From Fistulifera solaris (taxonomy: Eukaryota), in assembly GCA_030295235.1 (NCBI GenBank), contig AP026162.1, positions 620,001 to 684,000 on the forward strand: DNA of 64,000 nt, written 5' to 3'. Shown piece by piece: positions 51,127-63,070 of this stretch (position 1 is its first letter; every line of letters starts with the position of its first letter). The translations under genes were made by a program, and so were the position numbers. The notes beneath the pieces are model-generated. The model had not been told where the DNA came from. It did not search any database and saw only the letters and a list, made by a program, of their open reading frames with translations.

Positions 51127-51348
51127 TTTTCAAGTCAATGGTGGTCGCTGGGATGTCGAGGAGTGATATGTGATGCTATTTTACGAAAGGAATTTGCTTA
51201 CGGTGGGTATTATCAAGACCAAATGGCTGACTTTTGTCAAGAATGATCTCGAGAACTTCCTTGAGCTTTTGCCTGACAGAACAGGAAAATATAATGGAGG
51301 GAGGTTCGGAATCACGAATATCTGGCCTCTACTATGTACAGTAAACCT

Positions 51349-51364
51349 TACCTGGTACCAGGTA
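51349..51364. promoter_or_regulatory. Perfect 16-bp palindrome TACCTGGTACCAGGTA (doubled TACCWGGTA element)
   Basis: About 220 bp upstream of the ankyrin gene ATG. The same 9-mer recurs upstream of several genes in the window. Regulatory function is inferred. Confidence 0.5.
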
Positions 51365-52420
51365 GTTGAAGTGTCAAGCGGTAATCAGATTGTTGCCGGC
51401 CGGATCTATTTTTTGTTTTCCATTTAGTACTTTTTCTTCTACTGTTAATTTTGACTAGGTTTTTGAGTCCCGATTGGGGATTGGGGCTGCGTTGCGCGTT
51501 GCAGCCTATGACGCTTCATGATTATTTGATCAATGCGTCTAGCTAGAGATCCTCTAGTCTAAAATATTATTCGACGCTAGCGCAAGCGGAAATTGTTGTT
51601 GAGGTGACATCTGGTTCCGACAATAATAATGATGTTTCATGACTCGACTGAAATGCAGTCGTGATGAAATACGAAAAAAGTAGTAAAATATTTTAAAAAC
51701 AACGTTTCGAATTCTTTTTGAAGTACAAGTATCAATGCGTGTAATCAAAGACTGCTAAAAAGACTATCTCCGTGCCACAACAACAAATAGAGCGCAAAAC
51801 ATCGGGCGAAGGAACGAAGTATACGTAGCATCGTCGCTCAAAGGTCAAAGGAACGTGACTCATGACTGAATTGCAGTCTTGGATAATTTGAGATACACTT
51901 TGGTCTATAGTAAAGCTGTTGTCCTAGTTTTTGAATCAGACGGAAATTCTGACAGACTTTAGAAATGTCGCACTTATTCTTGATTTGACACTAGATCTAG
52001 TCTATCTAGAGGCGCCGGCTGCGGATATTTTTTCGTACTCGCCCTTCCCGAACGCGGGCACAATAATCGATAAATAACTATGAATACATTATTCGAGTAC
52101 GGAGAGGCGAGACGATTAGACATACCTGGTGCCATCAAGAAGATGAAGTGAACCATCGAGGTCTAAAGGGCAGCTGGAGCTTGTCGGTTGCCAATCTGTT
52201 AGCTTATTCATCAAGCGGTCAAACCGATAGTTGCCTCTAGCTACGTTTCAGACGCATAAATGAATCATGCTATACATATATAATATAATCGCTGCTTGCT
52301 TTTGAGGGTCACCTTAATTCACTAGACGGACTAGTTATTGCTTTGTCATGAATTCAGAAAAATTGCGATACGGCAAAGGTGCTACCAGAAACATGAATGA
52401 GATTCATCATCATCGAAGTA

Positions 52421-53490
52421 TTATAGTGCGCTCAACTTGTCCCATGCTACCTGTCCGATTGCGGCATCTTGCGCTCCTGTTCCTGTCAAATCGACAACGA
52501 TCAGTTCGTCGCCCTCTCTTCCTGGTTTCCCATTCACCAACTCTCCAAGTTCCGCGTAAACATCGGCTTCCGTCATGGCGCCTTCTTTCAAGGCGGATCG
52601 TAGTTCGCCAACTTTGGACGTCTGCTTTGTCAAATCACTAATATATTTGCTAGCCTTCAAAACGTCGACGGGAATTTCTTGTTTCGTCGGTTGATCACTT
52701 CCCGAAGCAATAATAGTTGTACCCGGACGTAAATCATTGAGCTCTAATACAGTATTTCCACCGGGCGTCTGAGTGAAAATCACATTCGACATACCACACA
52801 GCTCAGCCGAAGACTTGGCCACTTGAAAGTCTAATCCGAGTTCGGCACTCATATCTGCTGCGAACTCCTCGGCTCCAGCGAGCCCATAAGCAACCCCTTG
52901 AAGTTCGGTCTTACGGCCTTCGCGGCACGTGCCATATTCCTAGCAATTGCTCCACAACCAATGAATCCTATCGTTAAATCGTCCTCCGGTCCAGTGGTAT
53001 ATTTGAGCGATACAGCACCTGCCGCACCTGTTCGAAGGTCCGTCATGAAGCGATTTTCCTGGAAGACTGCCAAGGGGGCGCCGGTCACAGCATCTACGAC
53101 AATGAAAACTCCGGAGCCTGCCGGTAAGTTTTTCTCTAGGTTCTTGTAAAAGGACACACAGGCTAGTTTGACGGTGAATGTTTTCGTTCCGGAAACGTAT
53201 CCACCTTTGATGTGACAGTCCCCCGGACCAGCAGCAGCTGTTTCATGGATTCCGATATGCATAGGCATAGGGACATCGACTTCTCCTTTAGCCAAAGCAC
53301 CAAACGCAGATTCGACGGATTCGATGGCGTCGGCGACCGAAAGATTGGACGTGACAGTTTCGTAGTCAAACAAACGCGGCGCAGGGAAAGCGGAGGTTGC
53401 CAGGGTGCGGCGGCTCGCTGCAACAGAGCATGACGTGAACTTTCCCGCGTTACGGATCAAGTGACGAGATGTAAGAGAGAAGAAAGTCAT
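52421..53490 (-). CDS. Ornithine cyclodeaminase / mu-crystallin family, mitochondrial-type presequence (1 apparent frameshift)
   Basis: CHIKGGY, TDLRTGAAGAV, GFIGCGAIA, GSDQPTKQE, VVDLTGTGAQDAAI. Missing G at 52894-52897. Confidence 0.9.
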
Positions 53491-53851
53491 GTTGATATTT
53501 TAGTCAATTATAGATCCTTGAATAACTTCATCGATCAATTCAATCAAAATCAATAGCAAGAACACGCAGCATGTTCGAGAGATCTTTTTCGTCGTACGTG
53601 GCAACCTCGACGTCATGTTTGCGTCACTTCCGTTCCCGGTGCGATAAAAGGTACAATACATTTCCGTCCGTCTGCATTCCGAATTCCTATCGTCTGCCTG
53701 CCTGTCGGACGTATCGCAAGCATTCAAACAAAATACCAGGTAATATTCATTCCACCCGATAACAAACCATGATGAGATCATTGAGCATTAGCATTGCCTT
53801 GTAGCTCTATTTCCTCATATCAAACTCGCGTCCGTACCTTTTAAGATCATA

Positions 53852-56800
53852 ATGGATCAATTTTTGAAGAGATATTCACTGCGGAGGAAGGCTCGCCTCG
53901 GGAAGAATTCCTACGTCGTCTCGATTGTGCGAAGCGGTTGGTTTTGGAGGGAGACCTGAATACGCGCTCCCGTGTCGATATTAAGACGAGTTTATATCGC
54001 CTTTCTCGTCGATCTCCGTGGCTTGTCGATCAGGGCTTAATTAGCGTTCACCACGAGCAAGAGATGGCCATGGCTTGCTTTTTTTTGGGAATTTGGAAAA
54101 CTTTTCAAGTTAAGGACAGTTCTTGAATCCTTCGCCAGATCGGTTTCTCTCCTTCGAAACCTCAGTGGCACATTTCTAGAACTTTATTTGGAGCCCGACT
54201 TCTCTTTTGCTAAGTTATTTGACGAAACTGGCAGCGGCATATTCTCGTTGCCTGGGATTCTCATGGAGGCCTCTCCTCTGATCAATCGCTTCGGCGAGCC
54301 AGACAATCGACAAATAGAGTTTCGGAATCAGCGCTGGGAAATTCCGCTAGTTTACATGCTTTGCGGTGCTGGTTTGGAACTGTATCGTGGTACATCGTCA
54401 ATGGCGGAGGTATTTCATACGCTCAGGGCGTCTCTCAACAAGCTGTCGTTTACGTTGCAATCTAGCCGAGATGCTGGACTGGCTTTGTTCATGCTAGATT
54501 CGTTCTTGTTGGATAATAAAGCTGGAAAAGCTTTACCAGGGATGACTTTGGAACTTGTCAAAAGACTCTTGCTGTCCAAAGGTTTGTGGATCGTTTTTGT
54601 ACGACGTATCTTGTCATTGTCTCTGACATCATTTTTGTTTCAGTTATTCCAGCTTGCACACCGCTGCAAAGGCTGCTTGTCTTTCGCAGACGGATATCAA
54701 CGCAAGATGCATACAACTTCTGTTGAGCTCTGAGTGTGACCATATATATACAATCGGGGACGATCTGCTTCGTTCATTTTCTATAGGGCCTTACATCAAA
54801 GAGTTGGAGAAAAAGAAAGAATCTATTATCAATCATAGCATCTCACAAACGATGCGCGCTGACATTCTGCAGCCGTCTTATGCCTTGCACGCTTTCATTG
54901 AGTATAGAATCATGTTTGGTCGCACGTTTGAAGCGATTCAAATGGCTTCAGAAATGGAACAACATCAATTTATTTTCGGTCAACGGGCGGTTGAAGATGC
55001 TTACAAACTTATCGTCAACTATTACTTTCAGTCGAACATGCTACTCTACGGAACATGGCAAAGTAGTTACGCTCAAGAATACCTCCATTTTACCGGCGTG
55101 CTTGGCTTTGAAGTTCTCCTTCAAACAGTTGCTAGCCTTCCAACCTATTTTCCAGCGTCGCATTATACTTCTGAAGAGCGACACTATATTTCGACGCAAT
55201 GCACAAAAAGCGTGATTTCTCTCTTGGTTCACAAACGTGGAGAACGAACGGCGATTAGTCTAATGTCAAAGTACATGCCCGATTTCATTCCTGAATTTAC
55301 GGATATTGACAAGGGCATTGATTGGGCCAAACGAATCATGAAACAGGCCAATCCTATTCCAACTTCAATTGAGTTAGAAGAAATTGGTCCTTTGGTGAGA
55401 GCAAAACTATATTCCTTTATGGGCAGGATGGACGAAGTAGAGGAGTCATCTGAATCGGTCATGGAGCAGGAGGAGGATGAAGAAAGCGTGCCGTCCACTA
55501 GCAATGTGGAAGTGAACGTGTTGGGAGGCACTGAAGGAGCCATTTCACAAGGAGAAGATGGATATGACGCGGAAGATAGCCAGGACCACAGCCTGACTGA
55601 AGATGATGACGAGCCGCGTACGCCCTCGCTTTCTGGGATTGCAGCTACATTGATTCATAATAAGAGGAAGATCGAAACTGACGACTTTTCTTCGGAGCAT
55701 CCAAATGCATCCTTGCAACTAGATCCGGGGTATGATGCAGATAGTCAAGGTCAAACAGATATCGAAGAAGCTAGAAAAACAAAGAAGTGCAAAGTGGAAA
55801 CTGGCTACGAAGGCGGCGAAAGTCAGGGACATACTGATGAGGAGGAAGAGGAGGAGGAAGCTTCAAGAGAGAACATAGCTGACGAAAATATTGCCGGATC
55901 ATTATCTTCTGCTTTAGCGGAGACAGAATTACAGAGACACGGTACTCTAAATGGCGTGTCTCGTGCGAGAGACGAGACACCATCTGATGGCATGAGTGCT
56001 GCTGATGAGCTTACAAGTTGCCATGATGAAGATATTGGTGCGGAGTCGTCAGAACTAGATGAGGGTAATGGACCAGCCGCTCCTATGAATTTACCAGCAT
56101 CTGTTTCACAACCACGAGGTTCAGTATTGGTTCAGTATGCAACGGAAGCACAGCAAAATTTTTTGTCAGGGCGACTATCGTTCGTCAATAGCTCTTTCGC
56201 GACCGACGACGCTGTCTTAGATAGTGCCTCTCAAGCTGCAAGCATTGAATCTATGGATGTGTCGGAAGCAGGGCACTCTGTTGAGGACCATGGGTCTAAT
56301 ATTAATCTATACGCTGGTGTAAGTGCCGAGCTTGCACAAGAATTTAACCATCAGAATGATGCTGGCGCACACGAGAACGTTCATGACTCCAGCCTGCCGA
56401 CCATGGAAAGGAATCACTTGCAAAGTGAAATGAATAAAAATGGCAAAGATGACGATTCTAAGCACGTTTGGATGGAGCGTGGTTCCGAGCAGAATGGACG
56501 AGATGAAAAGTTTTTCGAAAGTGACGCGTCGACTGATCAGGTCACACAATTGGATCAGCCAGTGATGGTATCGGCGTGGAAACGTCCGTTTGCTGATATG
56601 GAAAACGACAACGATGAATACGATATAAGCACCAAGCGAGCTGCATCTATTGTAGCAGACGCTTCAACGGAAGAACCGATGGAAAAGAGGCCGCGTCGCG
56701 AATGTTTTTCCAACGACGACGCAAAAACATTCGAAGATAGCAATGACTTGAACTTATATAGGTCCACTCGAACCGATGGCAGTCAGCAACCGTCTCATAT

Positions 56801-58852
56801 GGAGCGCCAACCGGAAATAGGTTTTAGTGAGCAAGCTTTCCGAGGTATTCACGACTCGACCCTATTCCCAATTCGCGAAGAAGCTGGATATGATGCAACA
56901 GAGCATCAAAACTTGTCGTCAACCAATGTAGACATCGATAGCGGGATGAGTGGGGATGTCCGCTCCGATAGGCAGTCCGGGGATCACATTAAGATTGATC
57001 AAATGGCCATGCAAAAGGAGGAGCGGGTGACAGAAATCGATAACGAAGAACATTCTGTTGCTTCTTCGATTGCACGGGAAAAGCCTTCTAATAGCACACG
57101 GATACAAAGAGCAGCAGACGCAAATGTAGAATCGTCCTTGCCTATGAGCACTATAGATGACCAGGCAGCAACTGTTGAAGATGAAGAGCATTCCCTGGCT
57201 GCCTCAACTGCACAAGAAAAGTCTACTTTGGAACGGAACCCCCAAAAGGCAGATGTAGAACCAGAAACCCCTTTGCGCGTGACTCGTAGTCGAAGGACAA
57301 AAATTGGAGATGATGACGAACATTCTGTTGCTTCTTCGATTGCACAGGAAAAGCCACCCTGTAGCATGAGGAAAAGTGACCAAGCAGAAACGGGTGAAAA
57401 GAAGATCTTTCCATTGCTTCTTCAGTTGCGCAGGAAAAGCCTCTATTGAAACAGAACTCTAAAATCATAGAGGCAGAATTAGGCACGCCTCTTCGCGCGA
57501 CCCGTAGTCGAACGACCACAAGTGGAGACGATGGACATTCCGTGGCTTTTTCAACTACACAGGAAAAGTCTACTTTGGAACAGATCCCCCAAAAGACAGA
57601 ACCAGAAACCCCTTTGCGCGTGACTCGTAGTCGAAAGGCAAAGATTGGAGATGACGACGAAAATTCTGTTGCTTCTTCGATTGCACGGGAAAAGCCACCC
57701 CGTAGCACGAGGAAAAGTAAAGGAATTGCTGACCAAGCAGAAAGGGGTGGGAAAGAAGATCATTCCATTGCTTCTTCGGTTGCGCAGGAAAAGTCTCTAT
57801 TGAAACAGAACCCCAAAATCATTGAGGCAGAATTAGGCACGCCTCTTCGCGCGACCCGTAGTCGAACGACCAAAAGTGGAGACGATGGACATTCCGTGGC
57901 TTCTTCTGTGGCAAAGGAAAAGCCCCCACGTAGCACGAGGATAAACAAAGCTTACGACAGCCAAGCATCAATGGAAGAAGAACAAGATCCTTCCACGGTT
58001 TCTGCAATTGCAAAGGAGAAACCTTCACTGAAACAGAACACAAAAACTCCAGCGGCAGATTTAGGACCCCCTCAGCGCGTGACTCGTAATCGCAAGAAAG
58101 AGAGTGGAGATGACGACGAAAATTCTGTTGCTTCTTCGATTGCACGGGAAAAGCCACCCCGTAGCACGAGAAAAAGTAAAGGAATTGTTGACCAAGCAGA
58201 AAGGGGTGGGAAAGAAGATCATTCCGCTTCTTCGGTTGCGCAGGAAAAGTCTCTATTAAAACAGAACCCCAAAATCATTGAGGCAGAATTAGGCACGCCT
58301 CTTCGCGCGACCCGTAGTCGAACGACCAAAAGTGGAGACGATGGACATTCCGTGGCTTCTTCTGTGGCAAAGGAAAAGCCCCCACGTAGCACGAGGAAAA
58401 ACATAGCAGCCGACGCGATTGTAAACCGTTCTTTTCATACGAGAACGACACATGCCCAAGCAGGAAAGGATAGAGAAGATGATCATCCCATAGCTGTTTC
58501 CCCTGCACAGGAAAAGCGTATTTTGAAACAGGGTCCAGAAACTCCTTTGCGCGTGACTCGTAGTCGAAACACAAAGACTGGAGATGACGACGGACATTCT
58601 GTTGCTTCTTCGAGTGCACAGAAGAAGCCTTCCTCAAGCCAGAAAAAGTGCAGAGTAGTAAACAGGAACGCAGAACCATCACAGGCTACCGGGCAGGCTG
58701 AAGATGATGACAACAAAGAAACAGTCGCAGGCTTAGCAGCATCTACTCCCATGCGCTTGACGCGCAATCGAGCAGCTAAGATCGCTGAGGAAGCTGGACA
58801 AAGCAGGATCCTTCGAAGCCAGAAAAAGACAAGAGGTGCTGATAAAAAGTGA
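53852..58852 (+). CDS. Large (~1640 aa) protein: helical N-terminal domain (possibly ELYS-like), acidic disordered middle, basic tandem-repeat C-terminus
   Basis: Four ORFs join through single-base homopolymer fixes (about 53863, 54082, 54561, 57399) and intron 54582-54643. Confidence 0.7.
57040..58630 (+). repeat. Intragenic modular tandem duplications
   Basis: Near-identical ~290-nt blocks at about 57647-57941 and 58106-58397, a more diverged copy at about 57305-57560, and shorter HSVASSxAxEK units. Confidence 0.9.
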
Positions 58853-58996
58853 GAACCTGTGTTTAAGATGCTCTAACGAGTCGTCTAGTAAGTCATGGGC
58901 AGACTACTGAACAAGTAAATCACGATAGCATTAAATAATAAAAACAACGCTACAGCTATTTTAAAGTGAAGAGCAAAACATATTACAAAACATACT

Positions 58997-60982
58997 TTAC
59001 TTGTACGTCAAATTTGCCATCAAATGAGGATCGTTTGCAGCCAGTTTGGCTATCCTTAGCATTTCTTGATCATGGTACACACTCTTACTGGGCGACGCTA
59101 AGGGTTTGCCGCTTGCTCCAGTCGAATCAGGACTGCCGATGAGCCGCCGAGCGCCAATCTCAGCTTCTAGTTTTGCTTTTGCCTTTGCCAGATAGCTTTT
59201 TGATGCCGAATTATCAGGGTCATACTTCAGTGCTGTGGTATAGGCCGAAACCGCCCCAGCGTAATCTTTCATGAAGAAGCGACTAAGGCCAAGTCGTGCG
59301 TGCGCTTTGCCGTAGGTGGGGTTTAGTGCTAAAGACTGCTGGGAGTCCTTTTCTGCCTCTGGATACCGCTCCATGTAACATAAAGAAGCCGCACGGTTTG
59401 AATAATAAACATGTGAATTAGAGCCATTTGGACAGCATTGAATGGCTTTGCTGTAAGCATCGAGAGCTTCAGCGTACTCTCTTTTCGACATGCAGCTGTT
59501 GCCAATAACTTTCCACTTTTCTGCTTCGCGTTCGCCAGATGCGTTCCCGTTGAGGTGTTTCTGATTTGATGTTTTATCCCATTCACTCACAACGGAAAAG
59601 CTTGAGCTTAAAGTCGTAGGATTATTGTCTACGGGTTCCGCCAAACGCTTAGCAGCCTTTTCAAGATAATTCTTGCTGCTTTTACTGTCGGGTTCGTATT
59701 TCAGTGCCACAGTGTAAGCTTCCATAGCTTGTCTATAATTCCCAAGCAAGAAGTGGGCCAGCCCCAAGCGGGCGTGGGCTTTGCCGTAGTCAGGGCGGAG
59801 TGACAAGCTGCGCTCCGAATCTAAAATGGCTTCATTGAACCTCTTCATGCTAACCATTGCTGCGGCTCGGTTGCTGAAATAAACATGAGAATGAGGTCCT
59901 GAAGGGGATATTTTCAAAGCCTGAGTGTAGCAATTTGCTGCCTCCTGAAACTCTTTTTCTTGCATATGCGTATTTCCCATAGATTTGAACCTTTCTGCTT
60001 CCTGAATGTCCGTTGGGTTTTGGACCGACGACGAAAGAGGCCCGTAATCTGATTCATCGACGTTCTTGGAAAGCATTCGACTTTCAGAACCTAGTCTCTG
60101 TGACGCACTACCACTATCAAGACGTCCACTTATCGCTTGCTGAATACGCTGAGTTCTACGCTGCATCAGTTGATCAGCAGCAGAATGAACAGCCAAGTCT
60201 CCCATCGTATCGTTTTCTTCTTTCGCGGCGATTTTATTACGAAACTTTGCAACAATTTTACGATAGCGATCTTCATAGATTCGTTTGTGATAGCTTTGCA
60301 AATCCTCTCCTTCTAACTGCTCAACACTCGAGGAAGATGTCGGGTCGAAGAAGCCTCTCGCTTGTACTGCCTGCAGAAATTGATCAAAGAGAGGAGACTG
60401 AATCATGTCTTTTTCTGCTTCAAGCCGCGTTCGAGCCCCCAAGCTAGCCAGGCCAGCAGTTGCAATTTCTCCCAAAGTAAGAGCGCCTTTCAAAGCAGGC
60501 CCACTCGCCAAGCCATTCAATGGGTAAAATCTGTAAACATTGCTGGGATGCGAGTCGTCGTATTCGTACCAATAATCGTCCTCCTCTTTCTGTTGACCCA
60601 ATTCACCGTTTCGACTGTTACCTTCATTTCTAACATAAAGAATCTCACTTTCCATCGCAGAGAGACTAGGAAGGTTTTCCTTCAAAGATTCGGCGGGTAG
60701 TGTAGAATGCGTTCGAGCTTTGTCGAAATATGGATCACTATCTCTGCCCAAGTGATTTGGAGAGACAAAAGCACGCCCGAGTGCCCAACACGCAACTGTC
60801 AGGTAATCGGCATCCAGGCCCTCCACGGAACGAAGAGCATGTGGCGGGTAAACTCTTCGCAGATCTCTCAAATAATCGAGACAAAGCAACACGAGTTCGT
60901 TTTCATTCGGAAGACTGGTATATTGTCCAGGATCACCGGGATCTTCCTCCAAAGCGGGATTCTTACCAGTGATGTCTCCCAT
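58997..60982 (-). CDS. SGTA/Sgt2-like co-chaperone with two 3-TPR clamps
   Basis: Intact 661 aa. Two AExxKxxGN..YxSNRAA..YGKAHARLG units, N-terminal LVLLCLDYL..YLTVACWALGRAF, short C-terminal NDPHLM. Confidence 0.8.
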   Translation of the reverse strand: MGDITGKNPALEEDPGDPGQYTSLPNENELVLLCLDYLRDLRRVYPPHALRSVEGLDADYLTVACWALGRAFVSPNHLGRDSDPYFDKARTHSTLPAESLKENLPSLSAMESEILYVRNEGNSRNGELGQQKEEDDYWYEYDDSHPSNVYRFYPLNGLASGPALKGALTLGEIATAGLASLGARTRLEAEKDMIQSPLFDQFLQAVQARGFFDPTSSSSVEQLEGEDLQSYHKRIYEDRYRKIVAKFRNKIAAKEENDTMGDLAVHSAADQLMQRRTQRIQQAISGRLDSGSASQRLGSESRMLSKNVDESDYGPLSSSVQNPTDIQEAERFKSMGNTHMQEKEFQEAANCYTQALKISPSGPHSHVYFSNRAAAMVSMKRFNEAILDSERSLSLRPDYGKAHARLGLAHFLLGNYRQAMEAYTVALKYEPDSKSSKNYLEKAAKRLAEPVDNNPTTLSSSFSVVSEWDKTSNQKHLNGNASGEREAEKWKVIGNSCMSKREYAEALDAYSKAIQCCPNGSNSHVYYSNRAASLCYMERYPEAEKDSQQSLALNPTYGKAHARLGLSRFFMKDYAGAVSAYTTALKYDPDNSASKSYLAKAKAKLEAEIGARRLIGSPDSTGASGKPLASPSKSVYHDQEMLRIAKLAANDPHLMANLTYK

Positions 60983-61638
60983 GTTTGTGCCTTGAGCACT
61001 ATTGATGTCTTTTGTTTTGTTTGTAGCTTCGATTGCCTTTCAATACCAGGTAATGTAGGTGGCGCCAAAGTAAACAAGGTCGATGTGTCTCACAGCTTGC
61101 GGTTTTGCGCGTTGTGATTGCGCACCAATTATTATTGTACTGGTATCGTACTACGTACTACGCTGTATCAAAATCCTTTCTGAATACCGCTTTCTTTGTT
61201 TTTGTACTTATATAAAACATACTGAAACGTATAGATATATAATGGATACTATGCTACGATTGGCGAGTTACTTCTAATTACTGAGTGCCGCGAAAACGAG
61301 GAAAGGAGCCGATGGGCGACGATCTGAGATTTCGTCGCACCAGTTCAAAAAGGTGTAAAGTATCATGCCGTACCGGTACCGACAGTCAGTAACGGTCAGA
61401 AAGTTCGGTCACAATCCAGTCCTCTATCAAAAGCACACTGAACGGAAAGAAAAATGTCATTGTGACATAGAACGTGGCATCCAATACTACTCAAAACGTG
61501 TAAGAGACTAAATAAATTTCATGGAATTATGACCTTATTCACAATGACCCCGAAAAGCTCACGAATTTGCCCCCATGTGACCATCATTGATCTTACGATC
61601 CATGCAAAGACCCTGGTTTTCGTGTGCCTCTTGGCATC

Positions 61639-62865
61639 ATGCAGATCGATTCCCATGCTGGCATTGACCATCAAGAAGAACCTTTTCTTCGAGAGGTATC
61701 AGCGCAGTCGACTTCTCCTAAACGCGCCGGCTTGGCGATGTCTCTTCCCACCGGTTTATCTGCCTTGATACAAGCAGCAACTTCCCAGCTTGGAATTCCT
61801 GCTGATGAACCGAAAACTGCAGTCACACACTCATCAAATCGAGTCTTCGCCATACCAAAGTCCGATGATACCAGTGAAGAGGGAGTCGATGGGCTTCGAA
61901 ATAAACCCAGTCAATCTAGAACACCAGTAATGATCCCAGAGCCAGATCCCAGGAAGCAGTCTTTTCCGGAACTGTTAATGACTCTTGCAATGGATCCTTT
62001 GAACATTGATACAATCGCTTTTCTTCCAGACGGGAAATTTTTTGCTATACGAAGTCAAACTTTCTCTCAGGAGCTTATGACAGAACATTTTGTGATAGAG
62101 ACGTTTGCTGCATTCCTTGAGGTGCTAGAGGATTGGGGTTTCACAAGAGTGAAAAAAGATGAACAGTGTCTCGGAATTGAAGTGTTTCATCATCCTTTGT
62201 TTTTGAAAGGTGATTGGATAAGATGTTCTCAGATTGAACACGGAAAATCACCCACCGAAGTAAGAATCTCAGCGCTTCCTGAGAGAGCTCGCTTAGAGTT
62301 TTCGTATTCACCCCCAGATGATAGCGAGAAATCCATCGGAGTTCACTCAAAACGAAGGCTTTCACCAGATTGTGCTTTAAACCGCGAAGCTGATACGTCT
62401 CTATCATGGCAGAAGAAGAGGGCTGATAATGTCACGAGCTATCTTCAAAACAACAGTAGCCGGCGGAGCAGCATGACTTCAGTGGCATCCGATTTACATC
62501 CTGATGCGTCCTTCACTGGCGTGAACCGCACTGACGATCTCAGAAGCATTGCGCTCTCGATAACAGCAGATAAACTTCGAATCAGATGCGGTGATTTACA
62601 ATCAAAGACATCCCAGCCGTTGATAGACTGCGCAGTCCAATCTGCAACTCATAATATTGTCACTGACGCTATTGAAACATTGCTCAGGGACGAGACTCAT
62701 ACACAAGAGACCTATCGGAGGCACGAACGCGAGCTTTCGAAGTCATCACTTCCAGGCTTAGTTCCGATCAGTAAACAGCTATTTTCGCATGTCAGTGAAG
62801 ACTTAGGCAACCATAGCACGGACGTTAAACCATCAGAGGGAGAAGACGAGCGTCAAAGTGATTGA
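61639..62865 (+). CDS. HSF-type DNA-binding domain protein (divergent)
   Basis: FPELLMTL..IAFLPDGKFFAI..F..WGFTRV..FHHPLFLKG follows the HSF domain pattern. Confidence 0.8.
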   Translation: MQIDSHAGIDHQEEPFLREVSAQSTSPKRAGLAMSLPTGLSALIQAATSQLGIPADEPKTAVTHSSNRVFAIPKSDDTSEEGVDGLRNKPSQSRTPVMIPEPDPRKQSFPELLMTLAMDPLNIDTIAFLPDGKFFAIRSQTFSQELMTEHFVIETFAAFLEVLEDWGFTRVKKDEQCLGIEVFHHPLFLKGDWIRCSQIEHGKSPTEVRISALPERARLEFSYSPPDDSEKSIGVHSKRRLSPDCALNREADTSLSWQKKRADNVTSYLQNNSSRRSSMTSVASDLHPDASFTGVNRTDDLRSIALSITADKLRIRCGDLQSKTSQPLIDCAVQSATHNIVTDAIETLLRDETHTQETYRRHERELSKSSLPGLVPISKQLFSHVSEDLGNHSTDVKPSEGEDERQSD

Positions 62866-63070
62866 GCGAACTATGTATTGCTGAGAAGTTTCTTTGCTGT
62901 CGACTATCGATTGTGCAATTTGAAGGTATGATGCTACAATACAAGAATGCGCATTTCAATTCGAAAAGCTAGACCAGTGGTATGAGATCATCTAAGAAGC
63001 GTCTTTAACGTAGTATCACTTACTGTAAGTTCGTTTTTAACAACACCTATCTTAATATCTCCGCACAAAT

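Noticed and set aside
57040..58630. Repeat array as a CRISPR array or transposon
   Set aside because: Units keep reading frame and encode peptide repeats within one CDS. There are no constant repeats with unique spacers, no terminal repeats and no cas or transposase genes.
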